Below are positions 14,124 through 26,628 of a stretch of DNA of 64,000 nt, piece after piece (the first letter of the stretch is position 1; each line of letters starts with the position of its first letter). The notes below the pieces were generated by a model. It was not told where the DNA came from, made no database searches, and worked only from the letters and a program-made list of their open reading frames with translations. The stretch is from Seison nebaliae (taxonomy: Eukaryota), in NCBI GenBank assembly GCA_023231475.1, contig JALJEE010000556.1, forward strand, positions 1 to 64,000, read 5' to 3'. The position numbers were made by a program, and so were the translations under genes.

Positions 14124-15399
14124 TTATTCTTCACCGAATAAAAATGTTTTGTTAATGAAATGTTCATTTTGCAGCATTAGAAAACAATTAGAGGGAATCG
14201 ATAATTATTCTGACGAAATAAAAACTGACGATAAGCTAATAGTCCACCATTCGGTATCAAGAATAGTCTAACTTTCTTTTCTGAGAATCTATCCCAACGG
14301 AAATTCATGTGCATTCCACACCTTTCAAACGTGGATACAGACAGACATAAATCCTTTAAAAGCATGATCTATTATCACTCTTTAGCAGCCTCTTTATCGT
14401 TTTGAGCGTAAGAGATACATTTTTTGAAAGACCAAATTAATAAGGAGACATACAAAGAAATTTGGAAATTTTTAAAACATCTGCTACAAAAAAGAGAAGA
14501 TCATCCATATAGAAACTTCGAACGATTTCCTGGATAGAAAACTGGAGAATGACCAAAATAATTCCTAAATTAAGGATCAAAAATATTATGTAAAGTTCTT
14601 CGTTTCATTATCTGAAATAAAGGCAATAATGAACAAAGAATTATTAGAGGGCTCAATTGTTTCTTCTTGAAATTTGGGAAAAAGCATAAGCGAAATAGAA
14701 ACATGAAGAAATGTAGTCTAAAATTGTAAGATAAGATATTCATTCAAATTCCGATATACAAATTATTATTTCCAATGTATGTTGTTGTGCTAGTCAACTA
14801 CGCCTAAATAGTACTACCATTCGATCCTATTATTTTTATCCACATGATTTTTTCTTGAAGTCAAAAAGCGGATGCAAATAAGTTCCATCGTCTTGTGAGT
14901 ATTCTGATCTACGAATGTTGCCTGATGTGGTACAGATAATTCGAAACAATTTTCAAATTATATTGACAGAATTCATGGGAAATTCAGTAGATCTTTTCAT
15001 TCTTTCATTTATCGTTCCATGTTCATTATCTATCAAACTCTGATTATAACTCGGCGTTATTCATATTCGAAACATATGATTTATTGGGATATTTTTTATT
15101 ATAGCCATTACAAGGAACATTAGTTGCTACATCATAATCGATGGTTTAGAATAAATTAGGAATGTCCTCGGTATTTAAGAATTCTTCAAGAATCAAGAAG
15201 TTCCTTCAATAAAACTTTTTCTTCTTCCTAAATCTAATTGTGGTCAAATAGAAGTTTCAGGTAAATAAAAGTTCAATGAAAGTATTGAAAGCCATAAATT
15301 TAAAAGAAAAAATGAGATGAAAGAAGTGAAAAGACGGATGGACGATATTGAAAAACCTTTTAACATTCAACCAATTGTCGCCAAGTAACGACAATTGTG

Positions 15400-16758
15400 A
15401 TGATGTCTTTCTGTGATGATGATCGGTTGTTTGATGGACATTTGAACAAACAATTGGACAATATTTCAGAAAAATTGATATATCTGTCGATAAATCGTGA
15501 TTTGTCAAATCTGTACCGACCAACTTCCACTCTCTTTCCACCAGATGATGAAGAGGAGAAAAAAAACAATATCATCGATCATTCTAACGTGCCACCAAAT
15601 TCAAATGTATATAACAAACATTCCTCTCTTTTATTCTCACCGAATGAAAACTTTCATCTTGATGACAATGGAAATAATTATTTTGAGCAATTTAATGATG
15701 ATGTTTATTGTGAAAAGGATAGGAATTGGTCTCCGAAGAACGATGAAACTAATTATGAGAATTTACAAAATAAATATTATAATAATCAAATTACAATTAA
15801 TGATGATACTTTTATCGATTCATCAAAATATTCAAATTCTATAAAATCAGAATCAGTTAAAAGAAATAAGGGAGATCGAACTTCCTCAACTTTATCTCCA
15901 TCACGATATGCAAAAATTGATTTATTTCCTGCAACTATAGCTCTCCATCCTCCACAATCTCCAATCGATCTGAAAAAGAAACATCCAAAGTTTTCTGTAG
16001 ATCATGTGACACATGTAATCGATGTGGAACCGTCGATTCATCATGATCGTCGACAACGTCTTCAACAAACGAGAATTTACTATGCTAATTTGGAACGTAA
16101 TCGAATAAATCATAAGAACAAAATGTCAAAGAGACGTCCATTACTCAAATTCTCCCAACCAATCTCTCCATCCAATTTCCATCGTCACAATTCTTTCGTT
16201 CATTTTGACGGTACTCCTCAAATTGGCAGTGTATGTTCCGTTCATGGTGAGAAAGATGTTTTGCCGAAACCGTCATTAAAATTACCTAGACGAACACAAT
16301 CATTTTTCGGTCAAATCAACAGTTGTCCTTCATTCAACGAACGGAGAGTTTCTTCGTCGAAAGATTTAGTTTGTGGAGCGACATCAACTCAACCAGCAAC
16401 AATTAAAAGAAAAATATTCGATGAATTTTTGAGAGAGCAACAAGAGATACGTCGAAAGGCGAAAGAAGAGAAACGTCAAATGAAATTAGAAGAATGGAAT
16501 CGTTCATCGATTGAACAGGAAATTCGAATAGCGAAAAAGAATCTCATTAGTAGAATTCGTCGTCGAATGAATCGTATGAAGAATGAAGAGAATTTTAATG
16601 AGAAAAAGTTGAATTTTCCAATCCCTTGTCGTTGCAATAATCAATTATCATTCTGGTCATATGATCCGTTTCTTTGTTGTGATAAGATGTGCACTTATTC
16701 GAGAAATCCGAAGAAATTCATTAAACTGCTTGAGAATTATCAGTTAGTTATCGATTAA
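15400..16758 (+). CDS. Uncharacterised ~452-aa protein (low-complexity N-half, coiled coil, Cys-rich C-terminus)
   Basis: Long open frame in AT-rich DNA with AATAAA just after the stop; no family recognised. Confidence 0.7.
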   Translation: MMSFCDDDRLFDGHLNKQLDNISEKLIYLSINRDLSNLYRPTSTLFPPDDEEEKKNNIIDHSNVPPNSNVYNKHSSLLFSPNENFHLDDNGNNYFEQFNDDVYCEKDRNWSPKNDETNYENLQNKYYNNQITINDDTFIDSSKYSNSIKSESVKRNKGDRTSSTLSPSRYAKIDLFPATIALHPPQSPIDLKKKHPKFSVDHVTHVIDVEPSIHHDRRQRLQQTRIYYANLERNRINHKNKMSKRRPLLKFSQPISPSNFHRHNSFVHFDGTPQIGSVCSVHGEKDVLPKPSLKLPRRTQSFFGQINSCPSFNERRVSSSKDLVCGATSTQPATIKRKIFDEFLREQQEIRRKAKEEKRQMKLEEWNRSSIEQEIRIAKKNLISRIRRRMNRMKNEENFNEKKLNFPIPCRCNNQLSFWSYDPFLCCDKMCTYSRNPKKFIKLLENYQLVID

Positions 16759-16851
16759 TTTTCTTACTAACTCAAATTTTCTCTTTTGTTTCAAATAATA
16801 AAATGTTTTTCTATTTACACATCTCCCTACCAAATTTGATGATGATGATCT

Positions 16852-19800
16852 TTACAAATTTATTAAATAAGTTCTCATCATTCCTTTACCTTTCACTTTG
16901 ATTTCACCTCTCGAAATTAATCGATACGAACTGACAAATTTAGCGCTCGATTCAGGTAACTGAATAAAATTTTCAATTCCAGTCGAATCCATTCGACTCG
17001 CGATATTCACCGTATTACCCCAAATATCATAATGTGGTTTATGTAGACCGACAATACCAGCCACCACCGGTCCATGATTGAGTCCTATCCGAAAATTGTA
17101 GAGAGTTTAAAAAGAGGAATGAAAAAGTGAACCTATTCTCAATTTGAAATCGTTGAATACTTCGATGTTCAATTTTTGTAGTGCATCATTCATTGCGAAT
17201 GAGAGATCGATCAATAAGTTGAGGAGATATTCTTCCGAACAAATCATTCGGAATGTTTGTTTCGTATTCTTCTCGCACGAACTTTTATATTTGTTTGATT
17301 TCATGGATAAACCTGCTGCCACCATATATGTGGAATCGATTGTTTTTATTTTTTCTAATTGACAATATTTTGGTTTGGATAACAACTGACAAGAATGTGA
17401 GAGAGAATTAGAAGAAGAAGAAGAGGAAGTGACTGACCGAATCATAAATAGCATAAATTTCATTGAGAACACGAAGACATTCCAGTCCCTGTTTATTCGT
17501 TTCAGTTTCCGAATAGAAATTTTTGAAATTTGGCATCGAAGCAAACATGACGGCGATACAATCGTGTGATTCGTGGTAAGGATTGTCTTCGGGATAATTG
17601 TCGTCGATCTGCAAGAAATAATTGATGACGTGTCTGGGAAGAATGTTGGCGAGTAGAACATTGTTCATTCCACTAATCACTTCAGTTTGTGCTCTCTCGT
17701 TCGCACATTTCGTCAACCAATTATTATTTGCTTTCAATAAAAATTGAATGCGCCACGAGAACGATACGGTAATGATAACGAGAGATAATTGTTGGAATAT
17801 GAAGAAGATGATTTCGAAAATAAAATCACCATCTTTCATCTTCAAATTCGGAAGAGAATATTTCGTTTGTAATAACTTCTCATAAAGTTTAATTTCTAGA
17901 CGAATTGTTTGACTTTCGTTACAAAGAGAATTTAATGTGTGATTAAGTTCCACATCGAATATAGGCCAATTGCTAGTGACCGAATAATTAGCGAGGAAGA
18001 TAATTTGAATTGTGAAGATAATGATGATCTTCCAATAGAGATGTCTCGGTCGAATCATCGTTCCGATAGCGATGATAAATGCGACGAGTTGAAGACCATA
18101 GATATCTTGGAAATTGATGAAATAAAAAGTAGTGTCGGTTAAATGTTGACGAATTGTACGAATTGTTGAAAGAGTTTTCCCATCAAAAATCGGTTTTTCC
18201 TCTCGTATCTGTTGGGTGGACAGATCGTTGATATACTTGGGATTGAGGTCGAATGGAAATCGTATCTTGAAGTACATCAATTGAAAGAGCAGGATGAAAT
18301 TTAGAAGAATGAGAGTGGAATGGAGAAATGGCTTCAGTTTGGATAGTTTGATGAAGATTGTTTTCTCTTTGAATATGTGAAAGAGAATTTGACGGAGAGT
18401 TCGGTCTTTAACTCCATCACCAAATAATTGGAGAATCATCGTCAAAATACAAATGATGACACTTCCAATCATGATGGTGAGAAGTGGGAGGAATATACTA
18501 GAAATGTTCTGATGGTCAAAAAGATGATGTTCAAAAAGATGAAACTGACTTTTGTTCATCATTTCTAATGTAAATGAAAATGAACACGATCATTTCCAAT
18601 AGGTAAATGAGTGTTAGAATAACTAAACGATTTGCTGATTTCAACATGATGTTCTTTTGTTCTAATCGTTCAGTCTGGTTCATTATCAAATTATCTTTCT
18701 CCGAAAGGAAATCTAGTTGTAATGGTATCCTTCCAAACATAATCATGATAATAATGATGAATAATAGAAGAAAGAAAACTTTGATTTATCCATTTCATCG
18801 ATAAAATTAGTTTCTCCATCATAATAAATATGATCGAAGATTTGTTGATTGGATGTCGTACAGAAGAAGAAGCAACAGCAGAAAATATAAATTTTATAAA
18901 TATTCTTTTTGAGATTATAGAAAGTTTTCTCCGAATTCTGAAAGAGTCGATTCAATAAAAGAATTTCTTCGTCCGCATAAGTGGAATTTGTGGCGGTTGA
19001 GACGAGATTGATTGGTTGGGAAGAAGTGGAATATTGGTTCGACGTGGTTGTTGTGGGATTGTGAGAAGATGTGACGGTTGGATTATAAGACGAATTGGTA
19101 ATAGTAATTTCTGGGATTGTGCTCTGATGCAATGGAATATGAGTGCCAGTATTACTTCTTGGTCGATTGGTTTCCGACGAGTTGTCATTTGATGATAATA
19201 AAAGTTCACGAACTGTCGATTCAGTACAAAATGGAACATTCTGCCAAGCATTCATCAATTTCGTTAAACGTTGAGATCGTTTAATGGAATATTTCAAATT
19301 GGTTCGTTGATGATATCGATGAGAGATATGACGTTGTCGGCGTGTGACAGACGGAAGAATACGTTCAGAACGTTTTGACGTTCTTTGATAATTCGTTTTC
19401 GTTCGATTAAGTTTCTCCCTCAACTGATTACGTTGCGATTGAGTTATCATCAATACAGAACTCGTCTTCATCAGATGTCCAGAGGAGAAGGAAGAAAGTG
19501 GTAAATTATCTAAACTACAACCACGAATCGGTTGTGGCAGATCGAGTTGATTATCGAATGATTTTAATGCAATGAAATACGATTGCAATTTCTTCATTTT
19601 CCAAACAGGATGATCGATAGAATTCAAATTTTTTCGTATTTGAAATCGTTTCTTATCGATCAATTGAAGTGTTGTCTCCGAAATATGAATTTGACCAGTC
19701 AATCCTTTCGATTCCATTAAATTAGCAATAGTTACATCATCACTCCAAATGTCAAAATGCCATTTGATGGTACCGAGAACGCCACATAATACATTACCTG

Positions 19801-20992
19801 AATGAATTCCAATTCTCATATTGACGTCACATTCAGTGGCACTTTTCACTAATTCGATTGCATCGAACATTTTAATAGCCATGTCAATACAATTCATTGC
19901 ATGTCCATCATTCGATGTTGGTACACCGGAAGCACAATTATAACAATCGCCAAGAATTTTAATACGAGTACAATTCGTTTCTAATGCAATCTGATCAAAA
20001 CGACCAAATAATTTATTCAAAATTTTCATGAGATCTCTCGCATGAAACTTTTCTGACATGGGAGTGAAATTAACGATATCTGCATAGAGAATACTCACAT
20101 TGGAATGTTCGTGGATGTAGAGTGTATGAAATCGATGAGAACGATTAAGACAACGTTGATTAATATATGATTCATATAATTTCTCCAACATGTCATGTTT
20201 CATTGCTTCAGCGACTTGTGGTGGGAGAATACTGAGAAGAAGAATCTCTTGTTGTGTTCTCTCCTTCGTCATTTGTAGACGTGAAGCTTTACAATTCTTT
20301 ATTGATTGAATCGTCAAATCGGTTAATTCATGATAAGTTTGTGCCAACACATTACTCAACCATTGTGTAGTTGAGAGAACGAGAGATATGACGATTATCT
20401 AATAAAATTGAAAGTGGAAGTGGAGAGGAAGAAGAAAAACCTGTCGAAAGATGTCGATCAGTTTCGTGTCATTCTGATAAATGGAGAAGAAGTTGATGGT
20501 GATTTGGAGGAAAGTTAATGAAGCGGAAATGATGAAACGTTTCCAATGGGACGGATAAGTGTAGAAGATTCCAACGGCGAATATATTCATCATAAATAAA
20601 GGTAAAGTGAAACAAATGATATTCAATTTCAATCCGTTCATATTTACTTCTCTCAAATCTTGCCATAATTGAATGATGGAAATGAAGAAACTATTATAAA
20701 TGGTCGTTGAGATGATATATCGTTGGACATTCTTCAACGAATGTTGGAAATAATGAAGAGAAGTGACTGATCGTTGCAATTGATAAATGAGAAAGAACGC
20801 CAGAATTGTTGGGATTGCATAGATGAGAATGAGAACTATATCGACATATAATCGAACACGTTCACTAATCTCGGTATATTTGACGAAGAGTACACTAATA
20901 CAACAACAACTGATTTGATTTATAATTACGAAGAAGATGAGAATGGATAAAAGAAGTTTATATTTCAATTTTTCATTTAATTCCTTCGTCAT
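16852..20992 (-). CDS. Transmembrane adenylate cyclase (class III, M1-C1-M2-C2), ~6 exons
   Basis: C1 motifs [18 protein letters not shown] and MRIGIHSG; C2 motifs [11 protein letters not shown] and [14 protein letters not shown]; two hydrophobic clusters. Five short GT-AG introns join the ORF-track pieces in frame. Confidence 0.93.
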
Positions 20993-21131
20993 CCTCTTCT
21001 ACTACTATGTAACTAATACTTATGTGAAGACAATGCAACTGTCAACCGAATTTTATTGTAATAACGAAATCAAATTTAAAAAAAAAAAGAAAGAACATGT
21101 TCTTCAACATTATTCCGTTCCATTCATTTGA

Positions 21132-22699
21132 CTATGACGCAATCTTCTCTTCAGACGTTATAGCAATGAACGATGTCGAACGACCCAAATCGACAACTAA
21201 ACGACCATTTCTCACTTCCACTAATTTACTACAATTCCCAACTCTCTCAATATCTGCACAATAATTTCCATCTTCTAATGACGTCGGTACGTCGACGAGC
21301 CAATCCTCCACCACATCGTTATTCAATACGAAATGACCTGAAATTTTCCTTTTTCAAATGGAAAAGTACGATGAAATTATTAACCGACATTGCCACGACT
21401 AAACGAAATTTGTTGTCGAGTCCTTCCTTTATTCCAATTCTCCACTGAAGATCCATTAACTTTATTACGGAAATTCAACATATATTGAATTGCCTTCCAT
21501 CGATGTTCACAGAGCCAGTCATTGGTACATTCAAATCTGATTTCTTTCTAATGATGAACAAGTTGCAACAGAATAAGTGAACCTGGAATTATGTACCTCT
21601 TTCAATTCGCCATTAAGAGTGAGAGGTGGTGACTGATCGTTGGAAACGAATCGAAAACTACTCATCAATTTGATGTTCTCTCCATAATCCCAAGCTAACA
21701 TTAGAGCGACCGCTTTTAGATACTTTCCTGCATTTCTATGAGAAACGAGATTATTAAGGAATTTTCTCTTCATTTCAAAAAATTGATTAGAAAATAAGAG
21801 AAATGAATAAGAACTTGCGTATCATGATTATCGACGAAAATTATCGATTTATTATCTGGCAATAATCCACCAGATGATGATGTTAATAAAGTGTTAATAT
21901 CAGATATTGTCAAATTATTCCTTCCAAAAATACAATCGGCTAATCGACTACCATAACGGAATTCAGTTACGTGACCTAACCCGATATAATCAACTGCCCT
22001 CACTTCACTAATCTCATTATCTTCATCGATCACTTCGAAATAAGAGAAAATGTCTTGTCGATTCAAAGAGGACCAGATTTTCTCCAAATCTTCTACATAC
22101 ATATGTTTTGCTGCATCGACACGAAAACCGGCGATTCCCATCTCTAATAATTCATTCAAATGTTCAACAATCTTCTTCTGTACGAATTCATTCGATTGAT
22201 CTAAATCAGACAATCCCAACAATTCACATTCACGTAGTTGGAAGGAATTGGTAAAATTCTCTATCGAATGAGAACATTTTCCTCGATTGAAATGTTGAGA
22301 TGAGTAACCGACTTTCGGGAACTTATAGATGGAATGATGAGCTAAAGAATGATCAAATCCAACACCGTCATCGCCACTCATATGATTGAGAACGACATCA
22401 GCATAAACTTTAATATCTGACAATTGACACGTCTTAATCATTTCCATCAATTCTTTCTTCGTACCAGAATGTGAAGTGAGTTCATAACTGACTGGTTGAT
22501 ATCTTTGCCACCACGGTTGCCATGGTTTCTTCATAAGAATATGTTCATTTGTTGGCGATATTTGAATGGCATCGACACCATTCAAATTGAATTTACATTC
22601 CTTTCCAATCGATTTCCATGGCCAATTGAAAAGATGAACAATAATTTCACTTTGAATGGAATGAAGAAGAAAAAGGAAAAAAATCACCAAAATTTTCAT
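21132..22699 (-). CDS. Secreted animal-type alpha-amylase (GH13), 4 exons
   Basis: Signal peptide, IVHLFNW, WWQRYQPVSY, DVVLNHM, catalytic GFRVDAAKH / FEVID / FVDNHDTQ|R, DWLCEHRW and LEDGNYC. Confidence 0.93.
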
Positions 22700-22966
22700 C
22701 GTTAAAATAAAAATTTTTCTCTATTTTTTCAAACTTATAATTGTTAATTAATATCTTTTCGTAAGAAAAGGAGAGAGAAATTTCCTTGTTAAAGTCAACA
22801 TTACACATACCTCCACAACAAATCTTCAACACACACAATCTTTGTGTAAATAAAAATCGGATATTTCCTGACGGCCACAGAAGAAAACGAATTAAAACCA
22901 AAATTGATTTTTTATTTATAAATTCGAAATATCATCAAATTTCTCAATAAGAAATAAAGATTCTTT

Positions 22967-23389
22967 TTAATTTTGTTGTCGCTTCTTCTTCGATCCAGAC
23001 ACCTTCTCCTTTCCTCTCAAATATTTGACTCGATTCTTCTTATTCTTTCGATGTTTCCTCAGTGGTTTCTCACTCTTCTTCACGTCCTCCTTATTCATTT
23101 GTCGCTGAATTCTGTATTTTGGTTCAAACTTTTCGAAACTAGATCGTGAATCATAAATGAGTGCAAATCCAGAACTCATGTCACCTCCAAATTTAGTTCG
23201 AATTCCGAAAACCGAAACCACATCCTTCGACGTCTTATACATCTGAGCCAACTTCGATCTCATTTCCATTTGAGATGGTGTGTGCATCATTGGATGATAT
23301 GCTTCAAATATCATTTGACGTCTGGCTAATAGAGGATTCTGCTTATAACTACGAGTAGTCACAGTAATCGACGAGCGATTCGGTGCCAT
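22967..23389 (-). CDS. RPS24: 40S ribosomal protein S24 (eS24)
   Basis: TVTTR..NPLLARRQM, VFGIRTKFGG..SSGFALIYDS, KFEPKYR and a basic tail; likely ATG at 23389. Confidence 0.93.
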   Translation of the reverse strand: MAPNRSSITVTTRSYKQNPLLARRQMIFEAYHPMMHTPSQMEMRSKLAQMYKTSKDVVSVFGIRTKFGGDMSSGFALIYDSRSSFEKFEPKYRIQRQMNKEDVKKSEKPLRKHRKNKKNRVKYLRGKEKVSGSKKKRQQN

Positions 23390-24169
23390 GATCTGAAAAT
23401 TATCTACACAAGGAAAACAATTCGAAATTAAGAAACAAGACCAATACAAAGAAAAAATGATATATGGAGTTTGTGGAACCTTATCAAACTGTTATTGTTG
23501 TCAAATGTGAAAGATTTTAAATTTGAATTTAATTCATGCCTTCTCATTTCTCTTAATGATGATTGAAAAAGAACTAATACTTTAAACAAATTCAAAGTTT
23601 AAGCTTCGTAATCCACATTTAAAATACTATATATAAAAAAATACACATATATAATGATTAGAGGAAGTTATCCCCGATATTTCTCTTTTCTAAAAACATA
23701 TGAAAAAAAAACGAATATATACCCGATTTTTTTAAAATGCCAAATCTAATCATGAAGAGAGAAAGAAAAAGTGTGAGATTCACTCACACTTTGGGGTTAT
23801 CTTCCGTTTAGCTATCATATAGGTCCTATATGATGTAGTAGGTACTTTAAGTAAGTGGTAGAAAATTTTGAACTAATAAATTTTGAATTTTAAATTGCAA
23901 TATTAAGTCAAATCATTGAAAATAAGGAAACTGCGATTACGTTAATATTCTTTAAAAGGTTTGATAATGTAAGAGCAAAGGAATGAGAATGAGGAAAAAC
24001 GAAGTTCCAAAAAAGAGTAAAAAAGAACGAATTGGGAATAAATTTGAAAGGTAATCAAATTTCAAATAGGAGATTAGTTATTGATGAAAACTCTCATGTG
24101 AGACTCATGAGAGAAATTCAAATTTTTAGCTGTGAAATTTTTAGACGAATTTTATTCGATTTAAATGCA

Positions 24170-26188
24170 ATGTTGGGATTAGTCGATTATTCTTCATCTG
24201 ATGAAAATGAAGATGTGGATGATGTGGCAATTGATGACAATATTCGAGAGAAGTTATCAGTTCGAAATAAAATGAAATTGGAAATGGCTCCGATCGTCTA
24301 TCCGATGGTATCTGGAGAGAAGGAATGTGGGAAAGTGCCGATTGCAGCAAAAGAAATTTTCTTCAATCCCAAGGCCGACGATCTTTATGGTCAATCATAT
24401 GACGTGCAAATTGGGAATGATGAATTATCGACATCGACACCATATTATAAGAAGGATTTGAAAAACAATTGGTTGACAGGACGAGTGGAAATTGAGTATG
24501 TGAATGAATTTGCGTTCGAAGAACAACGAAGAAATTTTCATTCGTTCGGTTGGGCGAAAGATCCCACACTTCGTTCCAATCAGAAAATTACAGATAAATA
24601 TTCAGCAGATCTTCTCCTTGAGGCGAAATATGATGATGTTAATAAAGATGAAGCAGATGAAATTATTGAACGATTGAATGAAGATATTAAATCGGAAGTG
24701 ACAGATAAGAAGATTGAAAAAAATTTAGAAGAAGAAATTGATGATGATATGAAGAGAAAATTAGATGAAACTAAAGCAGAAGAGGAAGATAAAGAAAAGA
24801 AAGAAAATGAATTGAAAGAATTAAAGAGGAAAATTCTGTTGGAGAATGAGGAGAATATGAAGAATGAAATATCATCATTCGTTTCTCTTGTCAATAAGAA
24901 GAAGAAGATGAGAAAGAGAGAGAGTTTGGGAAATGTGGAAGATATCGACGATTATCGAGGTCCTTGGCGTCGTTATGTTGATGAAGAGACGATATCACGT
25001 CCGAATGATGAATTAAAAAGAGAATTTGATGAATTATTAATGAAACGAAGTCAAACGAAACAATTAAATATGAAGAATTATGAAGATACTCAACCATCTA
25101 CTCAAGTGGAAGAGAATATGGATGAACGTTCACTACTTCATTTACCGAATGATGGAAAAGATTATCTTAATCGATCATTTATTCATATTCCTCGTGATTT
25201 GGATGATGTAAATTTGAAGGCAGACGATCCGCCATCACGTTGTTTTATGCCGAAGGAGAAGATCTTCACTTATCGAGGACATACCAAAGGAATTCAAAAA
25301 TTAGAATTATTCCCAAAATCAGGTCATCTGTTCTTATCGGCTGGTTTGGATTCACGGGTAAAATTGTGGGAGTCATATAAAGAACGACGATGTGTTTTCA
25401 CTTATGCCGGTCATAAGCAATCAGTTCGTGATGTCTCTTTTAATCGAGATGGAACGGCATTCCTCTCAGCTTCGTTCGATCGTTTCATTAAATTATGGGA
25501 CACAGAAACGGGAAAAGTGAAAGGTAGATATACAACACATAAAATTCCATATGCTGTCAAATTCAATCCTGATGAACGACGTCAACATTTATTCGTAGCT
25601 GGAATGCATGACAAACGAATCATCACTTGGGACACGAGATCTAATGATATCGTTCAGGAATATGACCGTCATCTTGGTGCTGTTAATACCATTACATTCG
25701 TCGATAATAATCGTCGTCTTGTTTCAACATCTGACGATAAATCGATTCGTGTATGGGAATGGGATATTCCAGTCGATTTCAAATATTTAGCAGATCCATC
25801 CATGCATTCCATGCCAGCGACTACACTCTCAAATAACGGTCTCTTTCTCGCCTTCCAATCGATGGACAACAAAATCCGTATTATGGAACCATTGTCCAAT
25901 TTCCGTTGGAGACAAAAGAAAGTTTTCATCGGCCATAACGTTTCAGGTTATGCATGTGGAATGAACTTCTCTCCTGATTGCCAATATTTGTGTAGTGGAG
26001 ATGCTGATGGTGATGTCGTCATTTGGGAATTCAAATCATGTCGATTATTACATCGTTTGAAGGCACATTCCAAGCCTTGTCTCGATGTCAAATGGTTACA
26101 ACACGAAGAAAGTCGATTGTTATCCTGTGGTTATGATAATGAGATTCATTTGTGGGCATCGAATTATAATTCGAGAAAAATTCGATAA
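24170..26188 (+). CDS. CDC40: Pre-mRNA splicing factor CDC40/PRP17 (WD40)
   Basis: FEEQRRNFHSFGWAKDP, LFPKSGHLFLSAG, QEYDRHLGAVN, WEWDIPVDFKY and WD repeats; intronless. Confidence 0.95.
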   Translation: MLGLVDYSSSDENEDVDDVAIDDNIREKLSVRNKMKLEMAPIVYPMVSGEKECGKVPIAAKEIFFNPKADDLYGQSYDVQIGNDELSTSTPYYKKDLKNNWLTGRVEIEYVNEFAFEEQRRNFHSFGWAKDPTLRSNQKITDKYSADLLLEAKYDDVNKDEADEIIERLNEDIKSEVTDKKIEKNLEEEIDDDMKRKLDETKAEEEDKEKKENELKELKRKILLENEENMKNEISSFVSLVNKKKKMRKRESLGNVEDIDDYRGPWRRYVDEETISRPNDELKREFDELLMKRSQTKQLNMKNYEDTQPSTQVEENMDERSLLHLPNDGKDYLNRSFIHIPRDLDDVNLKADDPPSRCFMPKEKIFTYRGHTKGIQKLELFPKSGHLFLSAGLDSRVKLWESYKERRCVFTYAGHKQSVRDVSFNRDGTAFLSASFDRFIKLWDTETGKVKGRYTTHKIPYAVKFNPDERRQHLFVAGMHDKRIITWDTRSNDIVQEYDRHLGAVNTITFVDNNRRLVSTSDDKSIRVWEWDIPVDFKYLADPSMHSMPATTLSNNGLFLAFQSMDNKIRIMEPLSNFRWRQKKVFIGHNVSGYACGMNFSPDCQYLCSGDADGDVVIWEFKSCRLLHRLKAHSKPCLDVKWLQHEESRLLSCGYDNEIHLWASNYNSRKIR

Positions 26189-26628
26189 ATATTCAATAAT
26201 GATAAATTCGAAATAAATTTCACATGAAAAATTGTCGTTTTCATTCTTTCCTGTATATTCCTCTAAAGAAAACTTATTTAACGAGTTTGGAGTTCGATGG
26301 AAATAAAATGTCCTTCTTTTTCTTTATTTTTCAATTTGAATGAAACAGTTTTTTGTATCACCGAAATATAATCGTAAGAATTCCTATTTTTACTCGTGTA
26401 TTTATACAAATAAAATTTTTTGATTAAAAAAATTATTTGAAAAAAAATTAATCGACGATTCTCTGTTAACGGATGATAGAAAGGAATGCTATGAAATTCT
26501 ATTGAAAAAATTTAATTTTTTTTCATTTTTCGGTCAGAGAAGATTTTTTTTTTGTTCACAATTTATTTAATAGTTGACGAAGATAATTGATGAATTTCTC
26601 ATCGAATTTCGATGGATTATGTGATTGA

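Noticed and set aside
17408..20359. Apparent frameshifts or recoding among overlapping cyclase ORFs
   Set aside because: Explained by short GT-AG introns.
24141..25929. Antisense ORFs within CDC40, and similar ones in MELK, TOM22 and gag-pol
   Set aside because: Shadow frames of real coding sequence.
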